Shown here piece by piece: positions 49,950 to 62,807 of a stretch of 64,000 nt of DNA. Source of the DNA: Hemiscyllium ocellatum. Lineage: Eukaryota. Position numbers and translations under genes: made by a program. Location of the stretch: NCBI RefSeq assembly GCF_020745735.1, contig NC_083438.1, forward strand, positions 32,300,443-32,364,442. Direction: 5' to 3'. The notes beneath the pieces were generated by a model. It searched no databases. It was not told the DNA's origin and was given only the letters and a program-made list of their open reading frames with translations. Position 1 is the stretch's first letter. Each line of letters begins with the position of its first letter.

Positions 49950-50950
49950 TTTATGTTAAATAGGCTTAGTGTTAAGTTCAGGGTTAGAGTTAGGGGCAGG
50001 GTTGTGGTTAGCTTTAGCGTTATTGTCAGGTTTAGGGTTGTGGTTAGTGAACGGGTTAGGGTTAGGTTTAGTGTTATGTTTAGTGATTCGGTTAGGTATA
50101 GGGTTAGGCATTGATTTAGTTTTAGTGTCAGCTCTGATAGATTTAAGGTTAGGGTTCAGGTTAGAGTTTGTGTTAGGGCTAGGGTTAGGATTAGGGTTTG
50201 TGTTTGTGTTAGGGCTAGTGCTAAGATTCAAGTTCGGGTTCACATTAGGGTTACACAATGAGCTAGTTTTAGGGTTAGAGTTAGGGTTAGGGTTTGGTTT
50301 AGAGTTTGGGTTAGGGTTAGGGTTAGCGTTTTTAGTTAGGGTTAGACTTATGGTTAGTTTTAGGGTGAGTGTGAGGGTTAGTGTTAATGTTCGGATTAGG
50401 GTTCAGGTTATGGTTACAGATTGGGATAATGTTAGAGTTAGGGTTAGAGTTCAGGCTAGAGTTAGCGTTAGTGCTAGGGTCATGGTTTATGTTAGGGTGA
50501 GGATTCGGGTGAGAGTGAGGGCTAGGGTGAGGGTTTGGGTGAGGGTTAAGGTTAGGGTTAGAGTTTGTGTTAGGGTTGGGTTCAGATGCAATTCCAGAAA
50601 GATTGGTCCATTTTGTTTGGAGTGTTTATGTTAAATAGGCCAGTGTTAGTGTTAGATTATGGGTTAGGGTTAGGGTATGGGGTAGGGTTAGGGTGTGGGT
50701 TAGGGTTAATGTTAATGTTACAGTTAGGATTTGGGCTAATGTTAGGGTTAGGGTTAGAAATAATGGTTGGGTTAGGGTTAGGGTTAGGGTTAGAGTTAAT
50801 GGTTGGGTTAGGGTTATTATTAGGGTTAGGGTTAGAGTTAATGGTTGGGTAAGGGGTTGGGTTAATGTTATGGTTAGGGTTTGGGTTGTGTTCAGATGCA
50901 AACCCAGTAAGAGTAGTCCATTTAGTTTGTAGTGTTTGTGTTAAATAGGA
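49950..50950 (+). repeat. Degenerate interstitial (TTAGGG)n array in two blocks, each closed by a related ~60-bp spacer
   Basis: TTAGGG and variants (TTAGAG, TTATGG, TCAGGG, TTAATG); longest perfect run about 3 units; spacer TTCAGATGCAA..CCAG...GTCCATTT.GTTTG.AGTGTTT.TGTTAAATAGG at about 50581-50640 and 50891-50950, partial at 49948-49967. Confidence 0.9.
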
Positions 50951-50951
50951 A

Positions 50952-51677
50952 TGATTTGGAGATGCCATTGTTGGACTGGGGTATACAAAGTTACAAATCA
51001 CACAACACCAGGTTATAGTCCAACAGGTTTAAATGGAAGCATGAGCTTTCGGAGCGACGCTCCTTCATCAGGCGTTTGTGGAGGATAAAATTGTAAAACA
51101 CAGAAGTTATAGCAAAAGTTTACAATGTGATGCAACTGAAATTATGTATTGAAAAAGACCTGGATTGTTTGTTAAATCTCTCATCTGTTAAAATGGCCAT
51201 GTTAGTTTCAGTTGTTTCATATGTAAATCGCAAAACTTTTTTGGTAGTTACATTCTCAAATGAACTTTAACAATTGATGTCATGTTGGCCCAGATAATGT
51301 ATTGAAGGTGTGAGCTGTCCTGTGTGAGACTGTCTGTGCCACAGTGGTCAGACTGATTCTACTCTAAAAATTGATTTACACAATCTTACATGGATTCATG
51401 CAGATTTTGAGCAAAGTAAAATGTAATTCTGCAAGTACAAATTCACTCCACAAACTTATATGTATGTGTGTGTGGTGGGGGTTGGGGGGTTTAATGTCTG
51501 TGAGAGAGTGTGTGAATGTGAGTGTAAAGGGGTATAAGTCTGTGAGAGGGTGCATATGTGAATGTGGGAGTATATGTGTGAGCGTGTGTGTGTGTGTGTA
51601 TAGTGCAATGGGGTCACCTATAGTGTGACGTGAATCCAAGGTCCTGATTAAGGCCATCCCCATGGGTACCGAACTTG
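50952..51677 (-). mobile_element. Penelope family C 3' portion (GIY-YIG C-terminus plus 3' UTR)
   Basis: Minus strand KFGTHGDGLNQDLGFTSHYR* at about 51615-51677, then a (CA)-rich UTR and hammerhead terminus. Confidence 0.8.
51040..51074 (-). ncRNA. Minimal hammerhead ribozyme motif, family C
   Basis: CTGATGA-A-GGAGC-GTC-GCTCC-GAAA-GC-TC; core intact, first stem I pair mismatched. Confidence 0.6.
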
Positions 51678-51759
51678 TCTATATGTGATATAGAAAGAGC
51701 GCATATTCGTTCATCTCTTACTATTAGTGACTGGTTAGATCCTGCATCTCTCAAATTAT

Positions 51760-52440
51760 AACTTCTTGTCTTTCTCCCTGTTCTTTCTGAGATTACCTCT
51801 ACAACATAACAACATAAAACATAACTGAAAGAAGACTTTCCCTTGTATTAATTCTTTGTAGCGATCAGACATTAACTCCACACCCAGCCCCTGCCTAGGC
51901 TGTGCACTCTCCTGTAGCTCCTCAGCTCTTCTTGGGGTCTCCTTTACTACCTTCACTAATATCACTGGCTTAACTCCTTTTACCACATCTTTTCCCACAG
52001 TGCCTTTCTTTCACGGCCAGTACTGTGTCTTTACGTGTCCCACTTTACCACAGTGGAAACACCTGAGGCCTTTCACCTCCTGTCCACCCTCTTGGATTTC
52101 TTTTTAATCCTGTGGTAAACGATTCCCAGTGTGCTTGATTTCCCTCCTCCCAGTTTCTATCCCTCACAGGATGAAATTCTTGCCGAAGCTAAATTTTGCC
52201 TCATGCCCCAATGTATATTCATCTGCCATTTCTGCTGCTCTTCTCACTTCCTGAACTTTCTGTTCCTCCACAGAAATTCTTACCATCTCTGGAAGTGAGT
52301 TTTTAAACTCCTCCAGCAGAATAATCTCTCTCAGAACCTCATCAGTCTTATCTAGCTTTAAGGCCCGCACCCATCTATTCACTACCTTCCCTCTTGATTT
52401 CCAGACTGTTAACTTGACTATTCGGACTACTTCCCAACAA
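51760..52440 (-). mobile_element. Gypsy gag fragment (Gmr1-like)
   Basis: RWVRALKLDKTDEVLREIILLEEFKNSLPEMVRISVEEQKV..AAEMADEY, similar to the gag at 9000-9300. Confidence 0.7.
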
Positions 52441-52689
52441 CACTTTCCACTGTGCCTCGGGACGTGACAGTAATACATCAATTCCATTCGAACCAAATCA
52501 AATTAAATTAATGTTTTATGAATCTTTTAGTTCCAGAACTTTTCTGAAGTGTAACTTGAGCAGTATTTTTTTTAATTAAAAAACTGATTTTATTTGTTTT
52601 GGGAGAGACAAGTTTCTCTTACACTAAACAGGGTCAATGTTGCACTTTATCTTCATTGGGATTGATGGGGCTCCTATGAGCACGGAGTA

Positions 52690-55600
52690 GTTTTGAAAGG
52701 AAAAGGGTTAGAAAGATCATGCCTGAATGTTGAGTTTGCAAAACTCCGAGAGAAGATCGACTCGTCGATGGTAGAGACCTGGGCCAGGTTGGAATCTGTC
52801 TCGGTCAGGCTACAGAGGCATGACCTGGAGATCCAGCATCTCGGAGAGCATGTTGGAGGGGTGGGCCAATGGGCCGCTGCTTCTGAGACCGCGGTGAAAT
52901 GCTCAGCGGGCCGAGTCCAGGCCCTGGAACGTCGAGTGCGGGCCTTGGAGGAGCAGGTTGACGATCTCGAAAATCGAGGCCGTCGAAAGAGAATCCGGTT
53001 GCTGGGGCTTCCCGAGTAGGAGGAAGAAGGCCAGCTTGTCAGCTTTCTGGAGCAATGGCTCCCACAGTGTTTAAGGCTGGAGGTGGGGATAGGCTGGGAG
53101 TGGGTGGAGTGGGGCCCACCGGGTCGCAGTGCACAGGCCTGGATCGGACCAGCACACCCCCCACCCCTCCAGTCCTAGTGCGACTCCATCATTATAGAGA
53201 CAAACAAATGATGTTGGAAATGTCTAGAGCTCCAGGGAAGGATCCCCAGGCTATGGTGTATAAAGGATCACAAATCATACTTTTTCAGGCCTTTGATGAG
53301 GTAAAAAAGTAGCTGAGGGACCTGAATATCCAGTATTCCGTTAGATATCCGGTGATACTGTGTATCACCCCCGGAGAGTCTGTGTTCAACTTTGATTCAC
53401 TGGAAAAGTCAAAGGCCTTTTTGGATCCTCTAAAATAGCCTGATTGGCCTGAATTATATGGACAATTATTTCATTCTGCCCTTGTTTGTCTTTTCTGTAA
53501 TTTGCCTGGATTACCTGGTTGTCGGGGGGCGGGGGGGGGGGCGGTGGTGATCTTGGCCTCCTTTTTAATATATGTCAGGGTTACAGTTTTATATTGTTTT
53601 GTTGTTGTTCTGCCAGGAGTGCTGAGGGTTACAGTATGGAAGGGACGGGTTGGGCGCCACTTCTAACTTTCTTGTCATAAGATATTGGGTTTTTTTTCTC
53701 TTACTTTGTGTTGTCTGGGGCGGGGATTTAGTTCCAGCTGGAAGGAGTCATGGTGGGATTAATAGTGGTATGAGCGCGCCCCTGTGGACAAGGGAAAGTC
53801 TTCTTTCAGTTATATTTTATGTTGTTATGTTGTAGAGGTAATTGTTAGTAGTTTTAGAAGTTGCATTTCTAAACTTATGCAAACTGTTTATGGTTTTCTC
53901 TTGGCACGCTATGAGTGGGGTTCTTCCTCCCGAGAGGTCTAGGACTGTTTCGGACAATCATGGCTACCAATTGGTTTAAATGGTGCACCTGGAATGTTAA
54001 GGGGAGTCACTCACCAATTAAGAGAAAACAGTTAATGTCAAGACTTAGAAAAGAGAGGGTCAATGTAGCCTTGTTACAAGAAACACACTTAACTGATAAG
54101 GAGCATTTGAAGTTGCTACAGGGAGGATTCGGTTGGGTGTTTTTCTCATCTTTTAACTCAAAAAGTAGGGGAGTGGCTATTCACATCTGGAAGATCCTCC
54201 CGTTTCAAATTCGAGGCCAAATTAAGGAAGAATCCGGGCAGTTCATAATACTTTAAGCTTTAATACATTGAGAGGAATATGGGATTCTGAATGTATACTG
54301 CCCCCCAGCACATCCCTTTAAATTTGCTCTCCAGATTGATGACCCTTGGGGCACGCTGTACAATTATAGGGGGAGACTTTAACCACATTGTTGATCCTGA
54401 GGTGGACGGGATGCCGAGGGGTCTTGCGGGTTATGTCTCTGCACTCCAGGCAGTCGGTGGATTTGAACAGGGAGTTGGCATTGGTGGACATGTGGAGATA
54501 TGGTGAAGACATCGCCACACGTTCTTTATTGCTAATCCACATAAGTGCTACACCAGAACTGACATGATTTTTGTCCAATCAGCCTTTTTTAACTCGGTAT
54601 TGTCCTGCAGAATAGGGAATATAGCTGTTTCTGACCATGTGACAGTTCATATGGAGGTTAAGGGCAGAGGTGATGTGGCAGATTCTGGGCACTGGCGTAT
54701 GGACCCTTTCCACCTGAAAGATAGTAAGGGTATCGAGTATTTTTTTGCGAGAGTTAAAAATTTTTTGGGCTATCAATTCAGGTACGGCCAGCAACCCATC
54801 GGTGCTGTGGGAGACTGCCAAGGCCTGCGCACAGAGATTGGTTATTTCTTACTCTGTGACCCGGAAGTGACAGAGGGGAGGACAACAACGTTGACTTGAG
54901 GCTCACCTGAAGACAGCTGAGTCAGCGTACTTTGATAGGCCGTCTATAACTAAATTACAGCGGATTCCAGCTGAATGCTGTACTGACCCAAACAGCAAAG
55001 AGGGAAATCTCTTTTGCGAAACAGAGATTATTTGAGTACGGTGATAAGCCGGGTGGATATTTAGCATACTTGGCCAGAAAGGAGAATGCTCCCCAATCTA
55101 TTACATCCATCAGAGGGAGTGCTGGTCATTGCAATGCCTAAAAGGTTAACGCAGCATTTAAGAAGTTCTATGTTGAGTTGTATCAGTCAGAGGGCTGTGG
55201 GGATAGAATGAGAAAGATGGAGTCCTTTTTTAAGATCTTGGATCTTTCGGGTGTAACCTCAGAACAAGGGTCCTTTTTGAGTGTGTCCCCCCCCCACCCC
55301 CGACAATTCAGGAAGTACAGGAGATGGTGAGGCTGCTCCAGAGTGGTACAGCGCCCGGACCAGACCGATTTCAGAGTGAGATTTATAAGGAGTTTATAGC
55401 CAAGCTGGCCGGGCCACTCTTGGATATGTACAATTCCTCGTTCAGTCAGGGCTGCCTCCCATCCTCTTTGAGAGAAGCAAATATTTCTCTTATCCTTAAG
55501 ATAGGAAAAGCCCTAGAGGATTGCACTTTGTACAGGCCCATATCGTTACTGAACGTGGATTTTAAAATCCTGTCGAAAATGCTGGAGAGAGTATCGCCTT

Positions 55601-56760
55601 TTATTGTAAAGGAGGACCAGATGGGTTTTATGAGATTTACTAATAACATTAGAAGAGTATTAAATATGGTTCAAATATGTCAGCAAATATGTCCCGGGTC
55701 TGGTAGTCTCCCTGGATGCAGAGAAAGCGTTTGTTCGGGTGGAGTGGCCGTACCTCTTTTCTGTCCTGGAGCGGTTTGGTCTTGGAGGGGTTTTTGCCAG
55801 ATGGGTGGCAGTGTTGTATCGTGACCCAGAAGCAGCGGTGCTCACTAATGGTATACGGTCAGACAGTTTTCCTGTGGGCAGGGGCTGCCATCCTTTGCTG
55901 CTATTATTGACGTTGGAGCCGCTGGTGGAAGCCATCCAGACGGATCCCGATGTAATGACCCTGGAGGTAGGATCAGGCATAAAATCACCCTCCATGGGGA
56001 CGATGTCCTTCTCTTTTTAATCGATCCAATGATATCTGTGCCCCACTTAACACAAGTGATCAATCTATTTGTTTGTTTTCAGGGTACAAAATTAATTTCA
56101 TGAAATCAGAAGCCTGTAAGGGGGGTGGTCTTACTAGTATATCCAACTTTGGGGATGGAACCCGTTTCCCCTTTCGGTGGTCACACAGAGGTTTTCTGTA
56201 CTTAAGTATGTTCATTAGCCCGGTTTTCGATCAAGTATATAAAGCCAATTAGGGGCAGCTGCGAGAGAAAATTAGGCAGGACCTTCAGCTTTGGGAAGAT
56301 CTTCCGATATCTTGGATGGGCAGGATAGCTCTGGTTAAGGTGAATGTTCTTCCTTGCCTATTATATCCCATGGGAATGCTCCCCTTGCTGCTGCCAAGGC
56401 AAACGCTGTGCAGGCTTTACAGCTGGCTTGGGTCTTTTATTTGGCATAATTGACGGCCTCTTATTCAGCTGGATAAATTGCAGCTTTCGCAAGAAAGGGG
56501 GTGGGGGTCCAGATTTTCCAGACTTTAGGAAGTACCAACTGAGTTCCTTGTTCTCCTATGTCGCTGAATGGGCCTGTTGGGATCCGCGATCAATTTGGTG
56601 AGACATTGAGACCTCCCAGATAAAATGCCCCCTCGTTAACTTGTTGTTCATGGACAAGATGAGAACTGTTATGGATCACTGTAAAAACCTGATTGTCCTA
56701 AACAGAGTTACAGCATGGAGAATGATTGGGCAGGGTGAGGGCAATTTCCAAAAAATCTCC
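52690..56760 (+). mobile_element. L1-clade LINE, ORF1 and ORF2 (APE plus RT), degenerate and 3'-truncated
   Basis: ORF1 coiled coil and DDLENRGRRKRIRLLGLPE; APE TWNVKG, LLQETH, IIGGDFN; RT APGPD, YRPISLLNVDFKILSK; multiple stops and frameshifts. Confidence 0.9.
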
Positions 56761-56779
56761 CCCTTCACCCTAGAGTGGG

Positions 56780-57530
56780 AACGTTGGGATTCCAGTCAAA
56801 GTGGTGTCCTTCCTCATCTGTATGTGAGGATACTAGAGAGAGAGGGTCATGTCGTTTTGTGGCTAGTTGGTGTTCATGTATCCTGGTGGCTAGTTTTCTG
56901 CTAATGTAGTGTTTGTTACAGTCCTTACATGGTATTTTGTAAATGACATTAGTTTTCCTTGTTGTCTGTATAGGGTCTTTCAAGTTCATTCGCTGCTGCT
57001 TTAGTGTGTTGGTGGGTTGGTGGGTTTGTGGGCTATCTTTATGCCAAGGAGTCTGAGTAGCCTGGCATTTCTGAAATGTCTTTGATGTAGGGGAGAGTGG
57101 CTAAGGTTTCTGGACGCGTTTTGTCTGCGTGTTTGGGTTTGTTGCTGAGAAATCGGCGGACTGTGTTCATTGGGTACCCATTCTTTTTGTATACACTGTA
57201 TCAATGATTTTCCCCAGTTCTGCAAAGGTCCTCTGTGCTGCAGTGTGTAGTGGCTCGTTGGAATAATGTTCTGAAGCAGCTTCGTTTGTGGATATTGGGG
57301 TAATTGCTTCTTTGACTGGGACAACACATTCATCCTAGGACAAGCCAAACAGAGACACACATGAGAATTCCTAGAAGCATGGCATTGACTTGGACCTGAT
57401 TTACCACCGCGAGAAAAAGAACAGGAAATGACATCACCAACGCAAAGAAACGCAAACATTTAAATGGAAATCAGGAATCATCAGCAGTGCTTCGTCCAGA
57501 AGCTCACTAAAGATGTTACCTAGTATGGTG
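56780..57530. mobile_element. Penelope family B fragment (mostly -) with a short + strand 3' portion
   Basis: NVIYKIPCKDCNKHY...RIHEHQLATKRH (ORF 56765-56989). Confidence 0.8.
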
Positions 57531-58947
57531 ACCTTTCAGGAGAGATGTTCGAAAGTGATTCTACACACAAAGGGCAGTAGAAGTTTGGAACTCACTTCCA
57601 CAATGACAGTGTTTGCCAGTTCAGTTGTTAACGTTAGGTAATACCTTAAGTTTTGTTAAGCAGTCTCAGATTTAAGGGATGATGATGTTCCAATGATGTG
57701 TCAGGCCCTGTCAGCCTGCTCTGTCTGTTGTTGGGTTTCACACACGGTGTACACAAACATTTCTTCATGGCATTCCCACTGTTAACTACCTGCTTGGTGA
57801 GAATGGAACTTTTGGAATCCAATTGTCCCAATTGGTATGGAAAGAATGTGTATTTTTAAGTTGCGGTGTTTCATTCAATAATGCGAGGGAAAAGAAATGA
57901 CAACATTAAATAAAGGTTTTGGGAATTTTCTCCCCCTGAAATGCCAACACAGTTCCATGGTCTAGCCCGTGGTCTAACTTCCTTCCCTCAATTCCCTCTT
58001 CAAGAAGTTCCCTGAATCTTACCTCGTTGATGAAGCTTTAGCTCGTCTGATCCACTATCATTAGAAATCAGATTGTTAAACAAGCCACTCAGTGTGTTCT
58101 TGTGAAGCACATAGAATGTTCATTTAAATACTTTTAATGGAATAAATTTGTTGCTTGTGATGAGGAAATATTCCAGGCTCAATGTGTAAATGCTACTTAT
58201 ATCTCCCTGTCTTTTCTCTCCCTCTTCCCAAGAGTCTCAGCCCCTGGAGCATCCAAAGTAGTTGAATTGTTCTGTTTTTTCATCCCAAATGTCACTCGCC
58301 AAGAAAATTGATTAGATATCCCACACCCAATCCCCGAATGCTCAACACACCCATCCCCGCCCCCCCCAAACAACTTCCAGGAACACCGACCCGATGATCA
58401 TTCTCAGCCTCCTCCTGAGATTCCCAAAATCACTGATCCCAGACTACAGTCAATTCCATTCACTCCAAGTTGTATCAGGGACTTACTGCCTGTAGACAGC
58501 AGCCCCTCTGTTCATGCAGTGACCAGCAGAGTCAATAAACATCAGGCTGGAGGCACACTATTATCAACATCAGCTTCCCTTTAATCAAAGCTTGGAGCAA
58601 AAAGCATAGGTAAAAGGAAAGAAATATCCAGGCGAAAAATACAGAAACATTCACAGAAAAATATCTGCAATCTTGCTTTATATACAGAAGTCATGAATAA
58701 ACATACAGGACATTTCTGTACAATATCAATACAGTATCCATAGCTTCATTACATTACAATGCTGTAGGCAATAATGTAGTTCCTGGCTTTGCCCAGTAGG
58801 TGCTACTGCAGGGGGAGTTTCTGAAGCCTCTTCCCATGTTCCCCACTGTGGGAGCACCATCACTACAAGGACTGCAGTGGGTCAAGGCCACATGGACAAT
58901 AAATGGGGCACTGGCAACATCACCCACACTGTGAACAAGTTAACAAT

Positions 58948-59240
58948 GGGACGGCACGGTGGCTCAGTAGTTAGCACTGCTACCTAACAGTGCCAGGGAC
59001 CAGAGTTTGATTCCTGCCTCTGGCAACTGTCTGTGTGGAGTTTGTTTGTTCTCCCCATGTCTGCATGGGTTTCCTCCGGGTACTCCGGTTTCCTCCCACA
59101 GTCCAAAGATGTGCAGGTCAGGTGAATGGGCCATGCTAAATTGCCCATAGTGTCAGGGGCATTAGGGGAATGGGTCACTCTTTGGAGGGTCAGTGTGGGT
59201 TTGTTAGACCGAAGGACGTAATTCCACACTGTAGATAATC
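58948..59240 (+). mobile_element. HE1-like V-SINE, present in the inverted paralog but absent from the + copy
   Basis: GGGACGGCACGGTGGCTCAGTAGTTAGCAC head; the homologous 37020-37070 region is uninterrupted. Confidence 0.85.
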
Positions 59241-59609
59241 TGACCGAATAAGTTGTTAATTAAGAATAAAGACATTATCTGTGAAAAATATCTCATAGGA
59301 TTAGTGTTGGGGGTTAGAGTTAGGGTTACACAGCTGAACCCTGAGACAGTGTTTGGACACAGACTATAACAGTAATGCTGAGGTATGATGTAGAGGATGA
59401 CATATTTGGATGACTTTTCTCATAAAGGGATAACATTCCCACTGGGAGTTTCCCTCCTGAGATTGTGTTGCTTGAAGGGTTCGTGCAAAGTGGGAAGTGA
59501 TTGTTGATTTCAATCTTGAGCCCAGACTTTCCACCAGGAATCACTCGATCCCCCAACACTGGGCTGATTACCCCCTCCCTGAGCCAGGCTCAGTGCGGTG
59601 GAAACTCAG

Positions 59610-59757
59610 TCAGTGCTGGACAGCCCCGTTCCCCAGAAGGTTTTGTTCTCCAGCCGCTCCATCCTGATGCTCAGGTGCTGTTGGTACAAGGCTCCGTGCT
59701 TCACCTGAACAGGTCACCTCTCTCAAAGGGTCACCATTCGATGCTTCATTTCGATTA
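59610..59757 (-). CDS. Cytoplasmic-tail exon of the inverted paralog, assuming a cryptic acceptor
   Basis: SNRNEASNGDPLREVTCSGEARSLVPTAPEHQDGAAGEQNLLGNGAVQH*; the paralogous acceptor reads CG at 59786-59785 with a TGA at 59774-59772; an in-frame CAG lies at 59760-59758. Confidence 0.55.
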
Positions 59758-59829
59758 CTGGAGTGTCGGCTTCAAACACAATTCCGAGAAGAGAGAAACA
59801 AGCAGAGTACAGGTTACATAATTTATTTT

Positions 59830-60400
59830 TTGTTTCTCTTCCCTTGTGGGACATGGGCAATGCTGGCTGGGCCCAGCATTTATTGCCTGTCCCTAGTTGC
59901 CCCATTGAGAAGATGGTGGTGAGCTTCCACCTTGAACCGCTGCAGTCCATGTGCTGTGGGTAGACCCACAATGCCCCTTTGGGAGGGAATTCCAGGATAT
60001 TGACCCAGTGACACTGAAGTAATAGCAATAAATTTCCAAGTCAGGATGATGAATGACTTGGAGGGGAACTTGTAGATGGTGCTGTTGCCATTTATCTGCA
60101 GCCTTCTAGATGGAAGTGGTTATGGGTTTGGAAGGTGCTGTCTAAGGGGCCTTGGTGAGTTCCTGCAGCACATCTTGTAGATGGAACACACTGCTGCTAC
60201 TGAGTGTTGGTGGTGGAGGAAGCAGATATGGAGGAGGTGTTTTTGGATGTAGTACCAATCAAGGGAGGGCAGCTTTGTCCTGGAAGTGTTGTTGGAGGTG
60301 CCCCCATCCCAGCTTGTGGGGCGTATTCCCTCACACTCCTGACTTTGGCCTGGTAGATGAGATCGTTACTCTTCATACTTCTCTCTGGGTACACTCACTG
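59830..60400 (-). mobile_element. CR1 3' fragment
   Basis: LIYQAKVRSVREYAP (ORF 60197-60394); absent at the equivalent + copy position. Confidence 0.7.
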
Positions 60401-61521
60401 TTTGCAGACGGTCAGAGGGCAACTGAACCCCGTGAGGTCAGAGATGGGTGGTGGTGCCAGGTTGGGGGTTTGAAAAGTGACAGATGAGAGTGAGCAGCAA
60501 CACTTTGCGTTTACATAGCACCTTTCACAAAGGATGTGGGAGCAATCAAACAACATTTGACATGTAGCTACACAAGAGGAGATCAAACCTTGTGGTCTCA
60601 TTGAAGAACTGGCATTGGCGGAGGGGTTTTGGGGTGGGTGGGGGAAGGAAGACACAAACAGAGAGTAGCAGAAGACAGAAGGACATAGAGGGAGAGAACC
60701 CAAAGGCATTGCGATTGGGAATTGGTGAACCTCAGACCCAGGCACAGCCACCAATGGGGCAGCAATGGAAATATCAGGGAGACAGGAGCACAGAGATCTG
60801 AGGGCTGTACAGCTGAAGGTGGTTACACATAGGGAGGGCTGAGGATATGGAGGGATTGGAAAAAGGATGGGAATGTTCAAATCTGTCCATCTCAGTCTGA
60901 AACAGATTTAACGATGGAGCATCCACACCCACATGGAGTATAAACGTGAACCAGCATATCCCTGTTTGCAGCCTCTGTATCCCCCTCACAGCTTACTTTC
61001 CCACTGAGCTTTGTATCAGCAGCAAACTGGGACAATCCCACTCTATCCCCCCATCTCAGTCACTGATATAGATTGTGAGTCACTGAGGTCCCAGCACTGA
61101 TCCTTGCAGCACCAGTTACATCCTGACAACTGACAATGACCCATTTGTTCCTGCTCTGTTCCTGTCCATTGACCAATCCTCAATCCATGCTATATCACCC
61201 CCCAATCCCCTGGGCCCTCATCATGTACGACAACCTATTGTGTGGCACCTTCTCAAATACCTTCTGAAATTCCCAATATATGCCCCATCCTCTGGTTCTC
61301 CAGTGGGATAATATTTGCTCCTTTCCAATCCCCGGGGACTGTTCAGCAGCGAGAGGATGACAAGCTGGAAGTGACTGGATGCTGCTGCTCAATGACAGGC
61401 TGGATTGAAGCATCCTCACAGCTCAGGGAATGGACAGGGACAGAGCTCAGCAACATTTCACACAATGTTATACAAAGACCAAAGGGTTACCATGGAAACA
61501 GTGCAACATTCCAGAACTCAC

Positions 61522-61639
61522 CTTCTTCGTCGCTTTAGGACAATGTAACCCACAATTCCTGCTCCAATAAAAACAGCAGCAATCCCAGCAACACTCCCGA
61601 TTCCCAATCCAACTCTTGCTCCAGTGGAGAGTCCAGGAC
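61522..61639 (-). CDS. Transmembrane exon of the inverted paralog
   Basis: tctag acceptor and AG|gtgagt donor, phase 1-2; GPGLSTGARVGLGIGSVAGIAAVFIGAGIVGYIVLKRRR. Confidence 0.88.
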
Positions 61640-62329
61640 CTAGAGACAGAGTGAAGCCATTAACAGACTGGGACACACAAACAAAACTAACAGCAGAGAC
61701 CTTCAGCACCTAGTGTTTCAGAACCAGCCCCAGTACAAACAGATCCCTGGGTAATTCTTGTCCTGGAGGGATGTGGGAGGTTAGATCCCAATAAGCTCTC
61801 ACACACCAGACCACCTCACAGCTCCTTGCACGCACGCACGTGTACACACATACACAGCCCCACAATGGGATGGATACATGCTTTCCAACAGAGAGGACTG
61901 GACACTGACCAGCAGCTGTTTCCCTTCATTTCAGCCCAAAAGAAGATTTGGAAAGTATTTCCTGGATACCAAAGCCATGGGATTGGATGGAATCTGGAAT
62001 TAATACCCGGGTCAGTACTACTCTCCATTGTCTTTCAGTGTGGAATGTTGGGCCCACACCCTTCTATCTGGATATCACCGTCCCCCAAACCCCTGTTTCC
62101 ACACACCCCCCACCCCCTCCCCCTGCCAGTGGGACAGGACATACCCAGGGACAGTGACCGACTAATCTGGGAGATTGGATTGACTCAGTGTATGACCATG
62201 TTAGAGGGTCTCCCACTTGGACACCAGTCTCCAGATGTTACTGAGGAGGGTCTGGAGTTACAACTGGGCCGGGTGTGTCTTTGTTGTTTCCTGATTCAAT
62301 CCCTGGCTCAGAATCTGTTCCCACCTGTC

Positions 62330-62575
62330 CAGTATCACCCTCCCCTGACAGGTGGCACCCTCCCCCCAGTAACACCCTCTTCCTGACAGCATGGCACCCT
62401 TCCCCCCCCAGTACCATCCTCTCCCTGACAGTATGGCACCCTTCCCCCTCAGTACCATCCTCTCCCTGACAGTATGGTACCCTTCCCCCCCCCCTCCCCA
62501 GTACCATCCTCTCCCTGACAGTGTGGCACCCTCCCCCCAGTACCACTCTCTCCCTGACAGCATAACATTCCCCCC
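62330..62575. repeat. ~40-bp C-rich minisatellite, about 6 copies
   Basis: Unit approximately CAGTACCATCCTCTCCCTGACAGTATGGCACCCTTCCCCCC. Confidence 0.85.
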
Positions 62576-62807
62576 ACCTCCATTCTACCGTCGCCCTGAC
62601 AGATGCCCATGTACTGCACCCCCTCTATGACAATACAGTGCTCCCCCACCGTACTGCTCCCTCCCCAATGGGGTGGCCCTCAGCAGCAGGGAGTGTGGGC
62701 CCCTATTTTATCCCAGGGTCTAATAAAGAGGGATTTGACCCTGTGACCTTCAGACTCAGGTTAGCTGAACCAAGTGAGCCAACCCCTTCCTGCCTCCCCC
62801 AGCATTA

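Noticed and set aside
49969-50634. 221-aa Leu/Gly/Val/Arg-rich ORF and overlapping ORFs
   Set aside because: Translations of the degenerate TTAGGG array.
49950-50950. CRISPR-like repeat/spacer appearance, or a true chromosome end
   Set aside because: The constant part is about 60 bp and the variable part is telomeric repeat; the array is degenerate, internal and flanked by ordinary sequence in a vertebrate genome.
61965-61995. 24-nt micro-exon DSIQSHGF on the minus strand
   Set aside because: Weak donor (gtatcc) and no counterpart in the + paralog.
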